The translations under genes were made by a program, and so were the position numbers. From positions 98,761-162,760 of the forward strand of contig JAQTRS010000001.1 in NCBI GenBank assembly GCA_028711705.1: 64,000 nucleotides of DNA. Direction: 5' to 3'. The notes beneath the pieces are model-generated. The model was not told the origin of the DNA. It searched no databases and saw only the letters and a list, made by a program, of their open reading frames with translations. Below are positions 30,094 to 38,623 of the stretch, piece by piece (within the stretch, counting starts at the first letter, position 1; each line of letters begins with the position of its first letter). Source of the stretch: Candidatus Moraniibacteriota bacterium (GTDB lineage Bacteria > Patescibacteriota > Minisyncoccia > Moranbacterales > UBA1568).

Positions 30094-30101
30094 CCAAACG
30101 A

Positions 30102-30128
30102 TTAGCAGTCGTCAAGTCCGAGTGCTAA
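30102..30128. promoter_or_regulatory. CIRCE operator (HrcA binding site) upstream of dnaK
   Basis: TTAGCAGTC-N9-GAGTGCTAA versus the consensus TTAGCACTC-N9-GAGTGCTAA: one mismatch with a perfect right arm. Confidence 0.85.
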
Positions 30129-30377
30129 TTCTTCAGACAACACTGGATTAAAGGCTTAACAAAGTGAATAATTAACGGTTATCGACTATCTTAGCACTCT
30201 TTATCGCTAGACAAAAACGCGAATGGTATGCTAGCATGAATCTTCTCCCTTAGCTATGATAATGCAAGATTTCCTTGTTTTCTCTTCGGTGAGGAAGAAT
30301 CGTTTTTCCTTATCCTGCCGGGCGACTGGCGGGCTGGTCTGCGAAGACCTTCATCACTCCTTTATGAGGATACGACC

Positions 30378-31415
30378 ATGCGTAGTTTTTTAACAACCAC
30401 CTCGTTCTTGGAACAGCTTGCCGTCCAATATTGCGGATCTCGTGAACGCCTTTCGATTAAGAAATATCCGGTGAACGGATACCCATATATCTTAAGCGGA
30501 CACTCCATACATCCCGCTAAACGAGGACTCTATGATTCTCAAGCGCTGCAGAAATTCATCACGAAACTCTTCAACAAAATTATCGACGCAGAGGAAAAAG
30601 ACAGCGGTAAGGTCAAAATCTTACGCGAAGCTTCACTGATCGATGACGGGCTTATCGCCAACAAATCAGCATTGCAAGACGTCTTCCAAAACGAAGATGC
30701 ATTCGTTGTCGAAGTCCCTCCCCTGCATGCGCAATTCAAGTGCAAACGCTTCGGAAGCGACTACGGTATAAGCGTACTCAGTACGAACGGCAGGAATGAG
30801 AAGCATCAAAAAATATCCTCCCTGCTCGATGATTGGCTACTGGAAGAAGATCGCCCCACCGGCCTAAGAACGCTCGAACATCGATACGTGATAACGACAC
30901 AAAGAACGTTTAGCGATTCAAGAAGCTCTGAAAAGTTCAATCTTTATGATGTATTAGAGGGTTTGAAAAAATATATCCCCTGGATCTGCTGGTTCGGTGG
31001 GTCTACTGATGTGGAATCCTTTGCCGCGAATCTTGTCGACCAATGGCGAAGCGAGTATCACGATACTACCTCTCTTGGAGAATACAAGGAGATCGATATT
31101 CGTGGCAGACTGCTCTACGGTACGGAAGAGCAAAGAAAGATGTGGGCATGGCGCTGCGGCAGCCTTGATACGGAACACCCTTTCGATGAAACTTCCGGAG
31201 TGGTGTCGTTTCGAAAAGGCCATTCCTCTCAAAATGATAACCCTCATATAGAGCTTATCATTTCCGCACCGGGGTTTTCCGAAGACAGCTGGGCTTTCGA
31301 AGGCGATGATGGCGCTCGCTGCTATCAGCATCAGTTCAAAATGGAAGCGGCAGCCATTCAGATCATCACAGGCCTCGGATTGTACGGGGATAAGGACATC
31401 GTGCGTTATATGTAA
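30378..31415 (+). CDS. Hypothetical protein (first gene of the insert between dnaK and grpE)
   Basis: 345-aa soluble ORF with no recognisable motifs, followed by a terminator. Confidence 0.55.
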   Translation: MRSFLTTTSFLEQLAVQYCGSRERLSIKKYPVNGYPYILSGHSIHPAKRGLYDSQALQKFITKLFNKIIDAEEKDSGKVKILREASLIDDGLIANKSALQDVFQNEDAFVVEVPPLHAQFKCKRFGSDYGISVLSTNGRNEKHQKISSLLDDWLLEEDRPTGLRTLEHRYVITTQRTFSDSRSSEKFNLYDVLEGLKKYIPWICWFGGSTDVESFAANLVDQWRSEYHDTTSLGEYKEIDIRGRLLYGTEEQRKMWAWRCGSLDTEHPFDETSGVVSFRKGHSSQNDNPHIELIISAPGFSEDSWAFEGDDGARCYQHQFKMEAAAIQIITGLGLYGDKDIVRYM

Positions 31416-31467
31416 CGCTAAAAAAGAACCATAGAAGCACAACTGTTTTCTCTGGTATCATCAATCA

Positions 31468-31505
31468 AAGGCCGCCTGACTTGATACAAGCGGCCTTTTT
31501 ATTTT
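31468..31505. terminator. Rho-independent terminator
   Basis: ggccgc-N14-gcggcc followed by TTTTTATTTTT. Confidence 0.65.
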
Positions 31506-31645
31506 TCATACACATGCATACGAATCACTCATTGTAAAAAGACAAGGGAAATCAAGAGTCGATAGAATATCGAAGTAAAATAAAACAGCGCTACTCATCC
31601 TTTATGTTATAAAGAATTTTTGCGCTGTATTGTTTGTTTGACGTT

Positions 31646-32161
31646 TCAGGCTGCCGCCATACGATCTTTTGAACCTTTCGAGCAGCACTTCATGACATAA
31701 TCAGCCACGTGGCCGATCAGGCGTGATTGATCACCTTTAAAACTCATCGAGTCCAGATACGCTATGGCAAATTCACGCCATGGCGCTTCAACGGACATCG
31801 AGGGCGTATCACCACGCGATGAAGTGGCATATACCAACTGTGTTAAAAAACCATCCAGTTGATTCAACCCCAAAACATTGGTAAGAATCGTCCTGACTCT
31901 TAGGTTGTTCCAGTTTTCCGTCGCATTCATCAACGCAGTCAATCGGAGCACTTGCTTTTGACAGGCATCCTCCCCAGTTGGCTGAATCGGGAATTTACTT
32001 TTGATTTGAGCGAACGCCATTCTTGAATGCATACCAGATGCAACCCACAAATGTTCTAAAATGGTCGCTTCCGGCAGGCCAAGCCGATATAATTCTTCCA
32101 CAATGGGAAGTTCATCCGAATTCAGGCATCTTGATCCTGCAACAGGCATATTGGTATTCAT
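31646..32161 (-). CDS. Hypothetical protein (divergent from the RT gene)
   Basis: 171-aa ORF with no recognisable family; it shares a 240-nt divergent promoter region with the RT gene. Confidence 0.5.
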   Translation of the reverse strand: MNTNMPVAGSRCLNSDELPIVEELYRLGLPEATILEHLWVASGMHSRMAFAQIKSKFPIQPTGEDACQKQVLRLTALMNATENWNNLRVRTILTNVLGLNQLDGFLTQLVYATSSRGDTPSMSVEAPWREFAIAYLDSMSFKGDQSRLIGHVADYVMKCCSKGSKDRMAAA

Positions 32162-32330
32162 GACAGACTCCTAGGGCATCACCCTATCTCATTGATATAT
32201 AGCCCTCCCTCGACATGAAGGGGACGTTTTTTAAACAACTACCTCATATTCCCAAAATAGCTTCCGTTTCTGAGAATAAGCCATCCTAACACATAGGACG
32301 CCTCTAGTCAAGGACTTTTGTCACTGATTA

Positions 32331-32359
32331 TTGACAAGAGAACCCGTTTACACTATAAA
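32331..32359 (+). promoter_or_regulatory. Consensus sigma70-type promoter for the RT gene (TTGACA-N17-TATAAA)
   Basis: TTGACA at 32331-32336, a 17-nt spacer, then TATAAA at 32354-32359. The RBS GGGAGG lies 5 nt before the ATG at 32401, and an in-frame stop sits 7 codons upstream of the ATG. Confidence 0.6.
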
Positions 32360-32400
32360 GAACTCAGTTCCTTTTACTATAAACTCGTCCGGGAGGTTCT

Positions 32401-33111
32401 ATGAAAATAAAAAATACACCTCCCGGATTCGCTTCAAAGCTTCTCGGGAATGGGCGGCGTGTCTTTATAATAAAGCCCCGCAGCCTGGATCTATACACCG
32501 TCCAACAAGATGTCAAACAAGAATTGGGACGTATAACCGCGTTCACTAATCAATTTGATTGCGTGAAACGGCACCTGATTCGCAAGAGCAGATTCTTCTG
32601 GAAGGTGGACTTGCGGAAAGCATTCGATCATGTGACATTCGCATCAGTCACCACCATTCCCAACCTTCCTGATGATATAAGGCATTCCCCACAACTCTTT
32701 TTCCATACGAACGGAGGACTCATCCAAGGTGCCCCATCATCCCCGAAAATCTTCCAGCTGTTTTGCCAACAACGCTTGGATCCAGAGATTCAGAAGTTCT
32801 GCGGGAAAAATACTATCGTCTACACGCGTTTCGCTGACGATCTTCTGTTCTCATCGAGGAAGGCTATCGGGAAAGGCGCACGCGAAAGAATACGCATCAT
32901 CATCCGCTACGCTGGATTTCACGTCAATGAGAAAAAGGTATCGCTCGTGGACAACAGCTATACACCCATCGAATATCTCGGCATGGAAATTTTTCAAGGA
33001 AGAGTCTCTCCCGAAAAAGAATTCCTCAAAAGATTCTCACTCATTCCGGATGGGCCGGAAAAAACCGGGATGCGCGGCTGGATAAAATCGGTGCTTGCGC
33101 TCAATACATGA
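32401..33111 (+). CDS. Mini reverse transcriptase (236 aa; fingers/palm only, no thumb/X, maturase or endonuclease domains)
   Basis: RT motifs in order: FFWKVDLRKAFDHV (motif 2/A, catalytic D), GLIQGAPSSPKIFQLF (motif 4/B, QGxxxSP), YTRFADDLLF (motif 5/C, FADD), GFHVNEKKVS (motif 6/D) and YLGMEI (motif 7/E). The protein ends about 35 aa after motif 7. Confidence 0.8.
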   Translation: MKIKNTPPGFASKLLGNGRRVFIIKPRSLDLYTVQQDVKQELGRITAFTNQFDCVKRHLIRKSRFFWKVDLRKAFDHVTFASVTTIPNLPDDIRHSPQLFFHTNGGLIQGAPSSPKIFQLFCQQRLDPEIQKFCGKNTIVYTRFADDLLFSSRKAIGKGARERIRIIIRYAGFHVNEKKVSLVDNSYTPIEYLGMEIFQGRVSPEKEFLKRFSLIPDGPEKTGMRGWIKSVLALNT

Positions 33112-33134
33112 AACGTGTACATTGAAGACAAGCG

Positions 33135-33160
33135 TATCTGCAAGGACGCAGACTTTTTGC
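33135..33160 (+). terminator. Weak terminator hairpin after the RT gene
   Basis: tctgc-aaggac-gcaga followed by cttttt; only a 5-bp stem. Confidence 0.35.
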
Positions 33161-33170
33161 TTCGTGGCCG

Positions 33171-33430
33171 AGAGCACATCACCGCCTGAGACAAGGCGAT
33201 TCTTACGCTAGAATCCATCCTTCTCAGGTATTTTTCTAGGGTCAACGCGCCCTACGACACGCCTCATCGGCTTTGCACTCCAAAACAGCACGCTTTTCTG
33301 GCTATACAATAGAATCCTATTGCCAAGAAGTAGAATCCTCCTTAATTCCAATGACATCCCTGCTCCGGCCACGGTCAATCTGGAACAAACTAAAACCCTC
33401 TCAAGCAAAGCTTCAGAGCGGTTTTTTATT
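33171..33430 (+). ncRNA. Candidate structured non-coding RNA downstream of the RT (possible RT template or partner ncRNA)
   Basis: About 250 nt without an ORF between two terminators. It has nested hairpins (cctgaga[...gattct-tacgct-agaatc...]tctcagg; taggg-tcaacgcg-cccta; caatag-aatc-ctattg), three TAGAATCC repeats, and ends in a good terminator (ccctctcaagc-aaa-gcttcagag + CGGTTTTTT) at about 33398-33428. Confidence 0.25.
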
Positions 33431-33527
33431 ATCTTTGCAACGTTCCCTCTTGAGAAAACCTGCGTCTATGCTAAACTGTAGCTGCACATTAACAATCCCA
33501 TAAACCAAAACCAAAAGGAGCGATGCT

Positions 33528-33872
33528 ATGTCCGTACTCATAGTACCGAAATCGATAATCAGAATCGTTATCGACCCCAATTCCAAAAAAATAGGTTCTA
33601 AACGAATCCAAAGAACAAATTCCGACCAAGCGCTGGATATCCAATATCCTGTCGTGGAAAAAGTCACAAAACAGACCTTGCTTATACAAGAGTTCGACAG
33701 CGATAATGGCAAAGCGCTCATACGATGCCGTCCCAACTCTAAAAAAACGGGTGAATATACCTATCTCTACTACGACAGAAACCACGAAAAAATTGAACAG
33801 ACTATCACCTCTTTGGCATTATTCGATGAAGGTGATGAGGAGATCAAGGTCAATGTCTTCCTTACCTGTTAG
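33528..33872 (+). CDS. Hypothetical protein (last gene of the insert)
   Basis: 114-aa ORF with a strong RBS (AAGGAG, 8 nt before the ATG), followed by a bidirectional terminator. Confidence 0.55.
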   Translation: MSVLIVPKSIIRIVIDPNSKKIGSKRIQRTNSDQALDIQYPVVEKVTKQTLLIQEFDSDNGKALIRCRPNSKKTGEYTYLYYDRNHEKIEQTITSLALFDEGDEEIKVNVFLTC

Positions 33873-33890
33873 ACCCTTCAACAAGCACAC

Positions 33891-33924
33891 CAAAAAGCCA
33901 TACACCGCGATGCATGGCTTTTTA
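33891..33924. terminator. Bidirectional terminator shared by grpE (-) and the 33528..33872 gene (+)
   Basis: aaaaagccat-acaccgcgatgc-atggcttttt. Confidence 0.65.
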
Positions 33925-33951
33925 CATATCCATTTTTCGAATACCGATTCC

Positions 33952-34521
33952 TTACTTCACGGACACCTTGGCCGGGCGGATGACCTTGTCCCCGATCCTG
34001 TATCCCTTCTGAAGGACTTTCGCGACCGTCTGCATCTGGGGTGCCTCCTCCTGAGACTCCGCCTCTTCCGTTGACTGTTCGTCGCTGATCGCCTCGTGGA
34101 TGCTCGGGTCGAAGGCGTCGCCTTCTTTCACCTCGATCACCTGCATACCGTTGGCGGTCAACACATCTTCCAATTGCTTCTCGATATACTGGATACCCAC
34201 CACCCATGGATCGGATTTGGAACCTTCCGGAACATGATTGGTCGCCATGCGGAAATTGTCGAGCACCGGAATAAGATCCAGCACCAGTCGCTCGATCAGA
34301 TAGCCGGAGAGCTCCTTCTGCGACTCCTGCTGGCGCTTCTTGTAATTCGCAAAATCCGCCTGCAATCGCTGCAAGTCATGCAGGTATTCCTGCGCAAGCT
34401 CTTCCGGCGTTTTTTCCTTCATTTCCTCGGGGGTAACTTCTTGAGCAGCCTCTTTCGGCGAAGTTTCCGTTTCTTTCATATCTTTCTCTGCCTTTGTTTC
34501 ATCATGCTTCTTTGATTTCAT
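33952..34521 (-). CDS. grpE: Nucleotide exchange factor GrpE
   Basis: 189 aa; coiled-coil N-terminal half and C-terminal GrpE beta-domain (VLDNFRMATNHVPEG...QKGYRIGDKVIRPAKVSV), immediately downstream of hrcA. Confidence 0.9.
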   Translation of the reverse strand: MKSKKHDETKAEKDMKETETSPKEAAQEVTPEEMKEKTPEELAQEYLHDLQRLQADFANYKKRQQESQKELSGYLIERLVLDLIPVLDNFRMATNHVPEGSKSDPWVVGIQYIEKQLEDVLTANGMQVIEVKEGDAFDPSIHEAISDEQSTEEAESQEEAPQMQTVAKVLQKGYRIGDKVIRPAKVSVK

Positions 34522-34535
34522 ATGGTTGTAGGATC

Positions 34536-35300
34536 TTACAAAATTACTTTGACCAGGATAATCGCGACTGGAAGCGATGCGCCCGACGACGAACTCAGAA
34601 GCTTCTTCACGTATTCCAAGAGCGATTTATTCTTGGCATACTTCATGCGCTTGGGACCGATAATCGCCAAAACGCCGCGTTCCCCGTCCTTATTGCGATA
34701 CGGCGCCACCATCATCGAGCAGTTCTTGGATATTTCGGGAATAGGATTCTCTTCGCCGATGAATATCCGCATCGAATCGTCCTTCATGCCCGCAAGCAAT
34801 ACATCGAATTTCTCATCCAGCGAATCCAGCGTCTCCACCAAGCGGCACAATTCATCAAGCTCCCGGAACTCCGGCGCCTCGATCAGTTCCTTGATACCGA
34901 AATCATAGAACTCATCTTTAGAGGCATCACCCATCACCGCAAGGTTACCCGACAGCGCCGAAAGGAGTTTGGCTGTCGTGCGCGAAAGCCGCGTCTGCTT
35001 CGCTTTCATCATCAAAAGTTCGGCCTGCAATCGCCGCTGCTCTTCCTTGGAAAGTTCCTGATCGCCCATGACTTCCTCGATATAGAAGCGATAACCCTTG
35101 TCCGTCGGGATGCGCCCGGCACTGATATGCGGCTGATACAGGAAACCTTCCTCTTCCAGGTGCGCCATATCGTTGCGCAAAGTCGCCGAACTCACGTCGA
35201 ATTTATGGCGCTCTAAAAGGACCTGCGAACCCACGGGCAGAGCCGTTTCCGTATAGATCTCGACGATAGCCGCGAGCACTTTTTGTTGGCGTGTATTCAT
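34536..35300 (-). CDS. hrcA: Heat-inducible transcription repressor HrcA
   Basis: The N-terminal winged helix (QQKVLAAIVEIYTETALPVGSQVL...SSATLRNDMAHLEEEGFLYQPHISAGRIPT) is collinear with HrcA. A CIRCE lies immediately upstream, and a TATACT -10 box sits 8 nt before the ATG, so the transcript is near-leaderless. Confidence 0.9.
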   Translation of the reverse strand: MNTRQQKVLAAIVEIYTETALPVGSQVLLERHKFDVSSATLRNDMAHLEEEGFLYQPHISAGRIPTDKGYRFYIEEVMGDQELSKEEQRRLQAELLMMKAKQTRLSRTTAKLLSALSGNLAVMGDASKDEFYDFGIKELIEAPEFRELDELCRLVETLDSLDEKFDVLLAGMKDDSMRIFIGEENPIPEISKNCSMMVAPYRNKDGERGVLAIIGPKRMKYAKNKSLLEYVKKLLSSSSGASLPVAIILVKVIL

Positions 35301-35323
35301 ATGCTTTCAGTATACAATCCGAA

Positions 35324-35350
35324 TTAGCAGTCGTCAATACTGAGTGCTAA
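35324..35350. promoter_or_regulatory. CIRCE operator upstream of hrcA-grpE
   Basis: TTAGCAGTC-GTCAATACT-GAGTGCTAA: a 9-9-9 architecture with the same C-to-G variant in the left arm as the dnaK CIRCE. Confidence 0.85.
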
Positions 35351-35372
35351 GCGCATGGTCCGGACAGTCCGG

Positions 35373-35414
35373 ATAAAAAAAGCCCAAGGCGATATATTAC
35401 AACCGGCCTTGGGT
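35373..35414 (-). terminator. Rho-independent terminator on the minus strand downstream of yidD
   Basis: Minus strand reads cccaaggc-N16-gccttggg followed by CTTTTTTT. Confidence 0.55.
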
Positions 35415-35670
35415 TAAGCGATACCCTGCTTTGAAGGATTCTATTTGCTGCGATCGGGTGTATCAAACAAAAAAATACCAACCGACTGCAATATCCCGTT
35501 TCGAAGCTCCTGCTTTACTCATAAGAAACCGGACATCTATGCTGACTCTTTTGCAATATCTGCTCCCCTGCAGGAAATATTTCTGCCTCCTCTCATGAAA
35601 CATCCGCTTGCGTATCATGCACACATACGTTGCGAAAGGCGGAGCATTTTTTCCCGCCGCCGCTCGATAA

Positions 35671-35988
35671 TTATTTCTTACCTTTACGGGTAAATGTATC
35701 CTTAACACCGTCTTCACCTTCTTTCGTTTCTGTTTTCACAACCGGATCATACCCGCCCGGATTCCAGGGATGGCAACGAAATATCCTGTGCAGTCCCATC
35801 CAACCGCCCCGCAGCACCCCGAAGCGCGAAACGGCTTCATACGTATACTGCGAACAGGTCGGATAGAACCGGCAAAACTTCACCGGCGTGAACCACGAAA
35901 CAATCCCCGTATCGAATGAAAGGGTCTTTTGGTACACGCGTATGCAGAATAGAATAATCTTTTTCAACACGTACGCATAGTAGTTCAA
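35671..35988 (-). CDS. yidD: Membrane protein insertion efficiency factor YidD
   Basis: [15 protein letters not shown]...[10 protein letters not shown], the conserved core of the YidD/hemolytic-domain family. Confidence 0.75.
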   Translation of the reverse strand: MNYYAYVLKKIILFCIRVYQKTLSFDTGIVSWFTPVKFCRFYPTCSQYTYEAVSRFGVLRGGWMGLHRIFRCHPWNPGGYDPVVKTETKEGEDGVKDTFTRKGKK

Positions 35989-36077
35989 ATACCGGATTTT
36001 GTCAATAACGGAAACCGGTATATACTAAAAACAGAAACTCACTAAAAACTGTTCACCGGAACTGAAAAAACAAAAAG

Positions 36078-36986
36078 ATGAAGATCATAGAACACAAGAC
36101 GGTCAGTTGGGTCGATTTCGAAGAACCCAGTCACGACGACATCCTCTATCTGCACGAGCACTTCAATATCCATCCCCTCGCGATAGAAGAGTTTTTCACG
36201 CCCACTTACCAACCCAAAATCGTCAACTATGACAACTGCCTTTTCCTTTCCATACACATCCCCCTTTTCGACGTCGAAAATCGCACCACCTATTCCGGAG
36301 AGCTCGACATGATCATCACCAAAGATCATCTGATCACCGCTCACCGCCACCGAATCTATCAATTGGAAAAATTCTTCCACGATATCTCCACAAGCGAAGG
36401 AAAACGCAGGCTTCACCTCACCAAGACCCCTGCCCACCTGCTCTACACCGTCCTTAACATCCTTCTTGAATCCTGTTTTCCGCGCCTCGACCACATCTCC
36501 AAAAACCTCGATCATATCGAGGATCAGGTGTTCGCCGAGAAAGAAAAGGAAATGGTGCTCGAAATATCCATCGTCAAACGAGACATCCTCAACTTCAGGC
36601 GTGCCGTCAAACCCCAGCGCGCCATCATCGAATCCATCCTCCAGAAGGAAAACACTCTCATCCCATCCGATCTCAAGCCCTATTTCCAGGACCTCATCGG
36701 AACCAATATCCGCATCTGGAATATCCTCGAGAACAATAAGGAAATCATCGAATCATTGGAGGAAACCAACAACTCCCTCCTCTCCAACAAGCTCGATATG
36801 ACCATGAAGGTCCTCACCATCTTCTCGGCTATACTCCTTCCGGTGACCGCCTATTCCAACATCATGTCCATGAGCGTCAGTATCCCCTTGACCCACAGCC
36901 CGAACGCTTTCTGGCTCCATGCCGGCATCATCATAATCATCTCGATCCTCACCATCATCATCTTCCGTCTCAAGAAGTGGTTCTAG
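36078..36986 (+). CDS. corA: CorA-family divalent cation transporter with a non-canonical GMN position
   Basis: Cytoplasmic alpha/beta domain plus two C-terminal TM helices. The loop that normally carries YGMNF reads YSNIMSMSV. Confidence 0.75.
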   Translation: MKIIEHKTVSWVDFEEPSHDDILYLHEHFNIHPLAIEEFFTPTYQPKIVNYDNCLFLSIHIPLFDVENRTTYSGELDMIITKDHLITAHRHRIYQLEKFFHDISTSEGKRRLHLTKTPAHLLYTVLNILLESCFPRLDHISKNLDHIEDQVFAEKEKEMVLEISIVKRDILNFRRAVKPQRAIIESILQKENTLIPSDLKPYFQDLIGTNIRIWNILENNKEIIESLEETNNSLLSNKLDMTMKVLTIFSAILLPVTAYSNIMSMSVSIPLTHSPNAFWLHAGIIIIISILTIIIFRLKKWF

Positions 36987-37085
36987 CGTTCCTACGACCG
37001 AAAATCGAATATACTCCTGCCAAGACTACCCCGAAGGCCGCATACAAGGTATACTAGGGATATATTTCATTATATTTCCCATTCT

Positions 37086-38558
37086 ATGCTCAGGATTTAC
37101 AATACCCTCACCAAACAAAAGGAGATTTTCGAACCGCTCTACCCGGGAAAGGTCGGTATGTATACCTGCGGGCCGACGGTCTATGGGAAAATCCATATCG
37201 GCAATCTGCGCGCCTATCTCCTCGGGGATATGATACGCCGCTACTTCGAATACGCCGGCTATGAAGTGCGGGCCATCAAAAACATTACCGATGTCGGACA
37301 CCTCACCGACGACGATGTCGCCCAAGGCGATAGCGGCGATGACAAGATGATCAAGCAGGCCCTCAAAGAGCACAAAACGCCTCAAGAAATCGCACAGTTC
37401 TACGAGGAGTATTTCCACGTGACGGAAAAACAGATAAATATCCTCCCGGCTCACTATTTCCCTCGCGCCACCGCCCATATCCCGCAAATGATCAAACTCA
37501 TCGAGGAACTGATAACCAAAGGCCATGCCTATGAAAAAAACGGCAATGTCTTCCTCGATGTCACCACCTTCCCCGAATATGGCAGGCTCTCGGGCAACAC
37601 GCTCGACAAGCTCAAAGTCGGCGCCCGCCTCGAAGAACATCCCGACAAGAAAAACCCGTGGGACTTCGCGCTCTGGCTCAAGGCCCCAAAGAATCACCTG
37701 ATGAAATGGGAATCCCCTTGGTCCTTGGGGTATCCGGGATGGCATATCGAGTGCAGCGCGATGAGCATGGAATACCTTGGCGACACCTTCGACATCCACA
37801 CGGGCGGCGAAGACAATATCTTTCCGCACCATGAAGCCGAAATCGTGCAGTCCGAAGGCGTGACCGAAAAACCCTTCGCCCGCTACTGGCTGCATGTCCG
37901 CCACCTGCTTGCCGACGGCGTCAAGATGTCCAAATCCAAAGGCAATCTCTACACCCTCGAAGACATTCTCGACAAAGGCTATTCCGCCATGGACGTACGT
38001 TTCCTCCTCCTTTCGAGCCACTACCGCTCCCAGATGAATTTCACCTGGGAAGCCATGGATCAAGCCCGCTCCAATCGGGAGACGCTGCAGAATTTCCATG
38101 ACCGGCTTACCGAGTGTCATCCTGAGCCTGTCGAAGGATCTTTCCGATCAGAGCAAGATGCCTCGACTACGCTCGGAATGACACAGGATAAAATCTCTCT
38201 CGATACCGAGAAATATCGAGCCGATTTCGATGCCGCACTCGAAGAAGATTTCAACACGCCGCAGGCCCTGACCGTATTGTTCGACATGACCAAAAACGGC
38301 AATAAACTTATCGACGAGGACAGATTGGACAACCCAACCGATGTCCTGAAATTTCTGGAAACAAGCGCTGCCGTTCTCGGCCTGCAATGGACCAAAAAAG
38401 AAGCCATCCCGGAGCATATCCAAAAGCTCGCCGCCGACCGGGAAGAGGCCCGCAAACAAAGGAACTTCGCGCGTTCCGATGAGCTGCGAGAAGAGATAGA
38501 AAAAGCCGGGTTCAGTATCGAGGACACGGCCCAGGGTGCGAAACTCAAACGGATATAG
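37086..38558 (+). CDS. cysS: Cysteine--tRNA ligase (carries an in-frame palindromic-repeat insertion)
   Basis: HIGH motif (HIGNLRAY), KMSKS (VKMSKSKGN), Zn ligands and a DALR-like anticodon-binding domain ([10 protein letters not shown]). The 23-aa segment [23 protein letters not shown] is encoded by the repeat at 38115-38184. Confidence 0.95.
   Translation: MLRIYNTLTKQKEIFEPLYPGKVGMYTCGPTVYGKIHIGNLRAYLLGDMIRRYFEYAGYEVRAIKNITDVGHLTDDDVAQGDSGDDKMIKQALKEHKTPQEIAQFYEEYFHVTEKQINILPAHYFPRATAHIPQMIKLIEELITKGHAYEKNGNVFLDVTTFPEYGRLSGNTLDKLKVGARLEEHPDKKNPWDFALWLKAPKNHLMKWESPWSLGYPGWHIECSAMSMEYLGDTFDIHTGGEDNIFPHHEAEIVQSEGVTEKPFARYWLHVRHLLADGVKMSKSKGNLYTLEDILDKGYSAMDVRFLLLSSHYRSQMNFTWEAMDQARSNRETLQNFHDRLTECHPEPVEGSFRSEQDASTTLGMTQDKISLDTEKYRADFDAALEEDFNTPQALTVLFDMTKNGNKLIDEDRLDNPTDVLKFLETSAAVLGLQWTKKEAIPEHIQKLAADREEARKQRNFARSDELREEIEKAGFSIEDTAQGAKLKRI
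38115..38184 (+). repeat. Palindromic repeat family, copy A (in-frame inside cysS)
   Basis: tgtcatcctgagcctgtcgaaggatc...cgctcggaatgaca; the arms are imperfect reverse complements (GTCATYCYGAGC / GCTCGGAATGAC). Confidence 0.7.
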
Positions 38559-38565
38559 GACAAAT

Positions 38566-38604
38566 GAAAAACGGGAGTTCAATTCTGAATCTCCCGCTTT
38601 TTTG
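38566..38604. terminator. Bidirectional terminator between cysS (+) and the small 38624..38887 gene (-)
   Basis: aaaaacgggag-ttcaattctgaat-ctcccgctttttt. Confidence 0.7.
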
Positions 38605-38623
38605 ATTAAGACATAATGATGTC

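Noticed and set aside
30193-30201. Third CIRCE
   Set aside because: Only the left half-site TTAGCACTC is present; no GAGTGCTAA partner 9 nt downstream.
36987-37085. T-box (cysS) or M-box (corA, 36000-36077) riboswitch
   Set aside because: The leaders are under 100 nt, too short for either element, and the conserved T-box AGGGUGGNACCGCG sequence is absent.
37026-38120. 364-aa - strand ORF; also 39021..39608 and 39960..40448 (-)
   Set aside because: Antisense to cysS and dnaB respectively.
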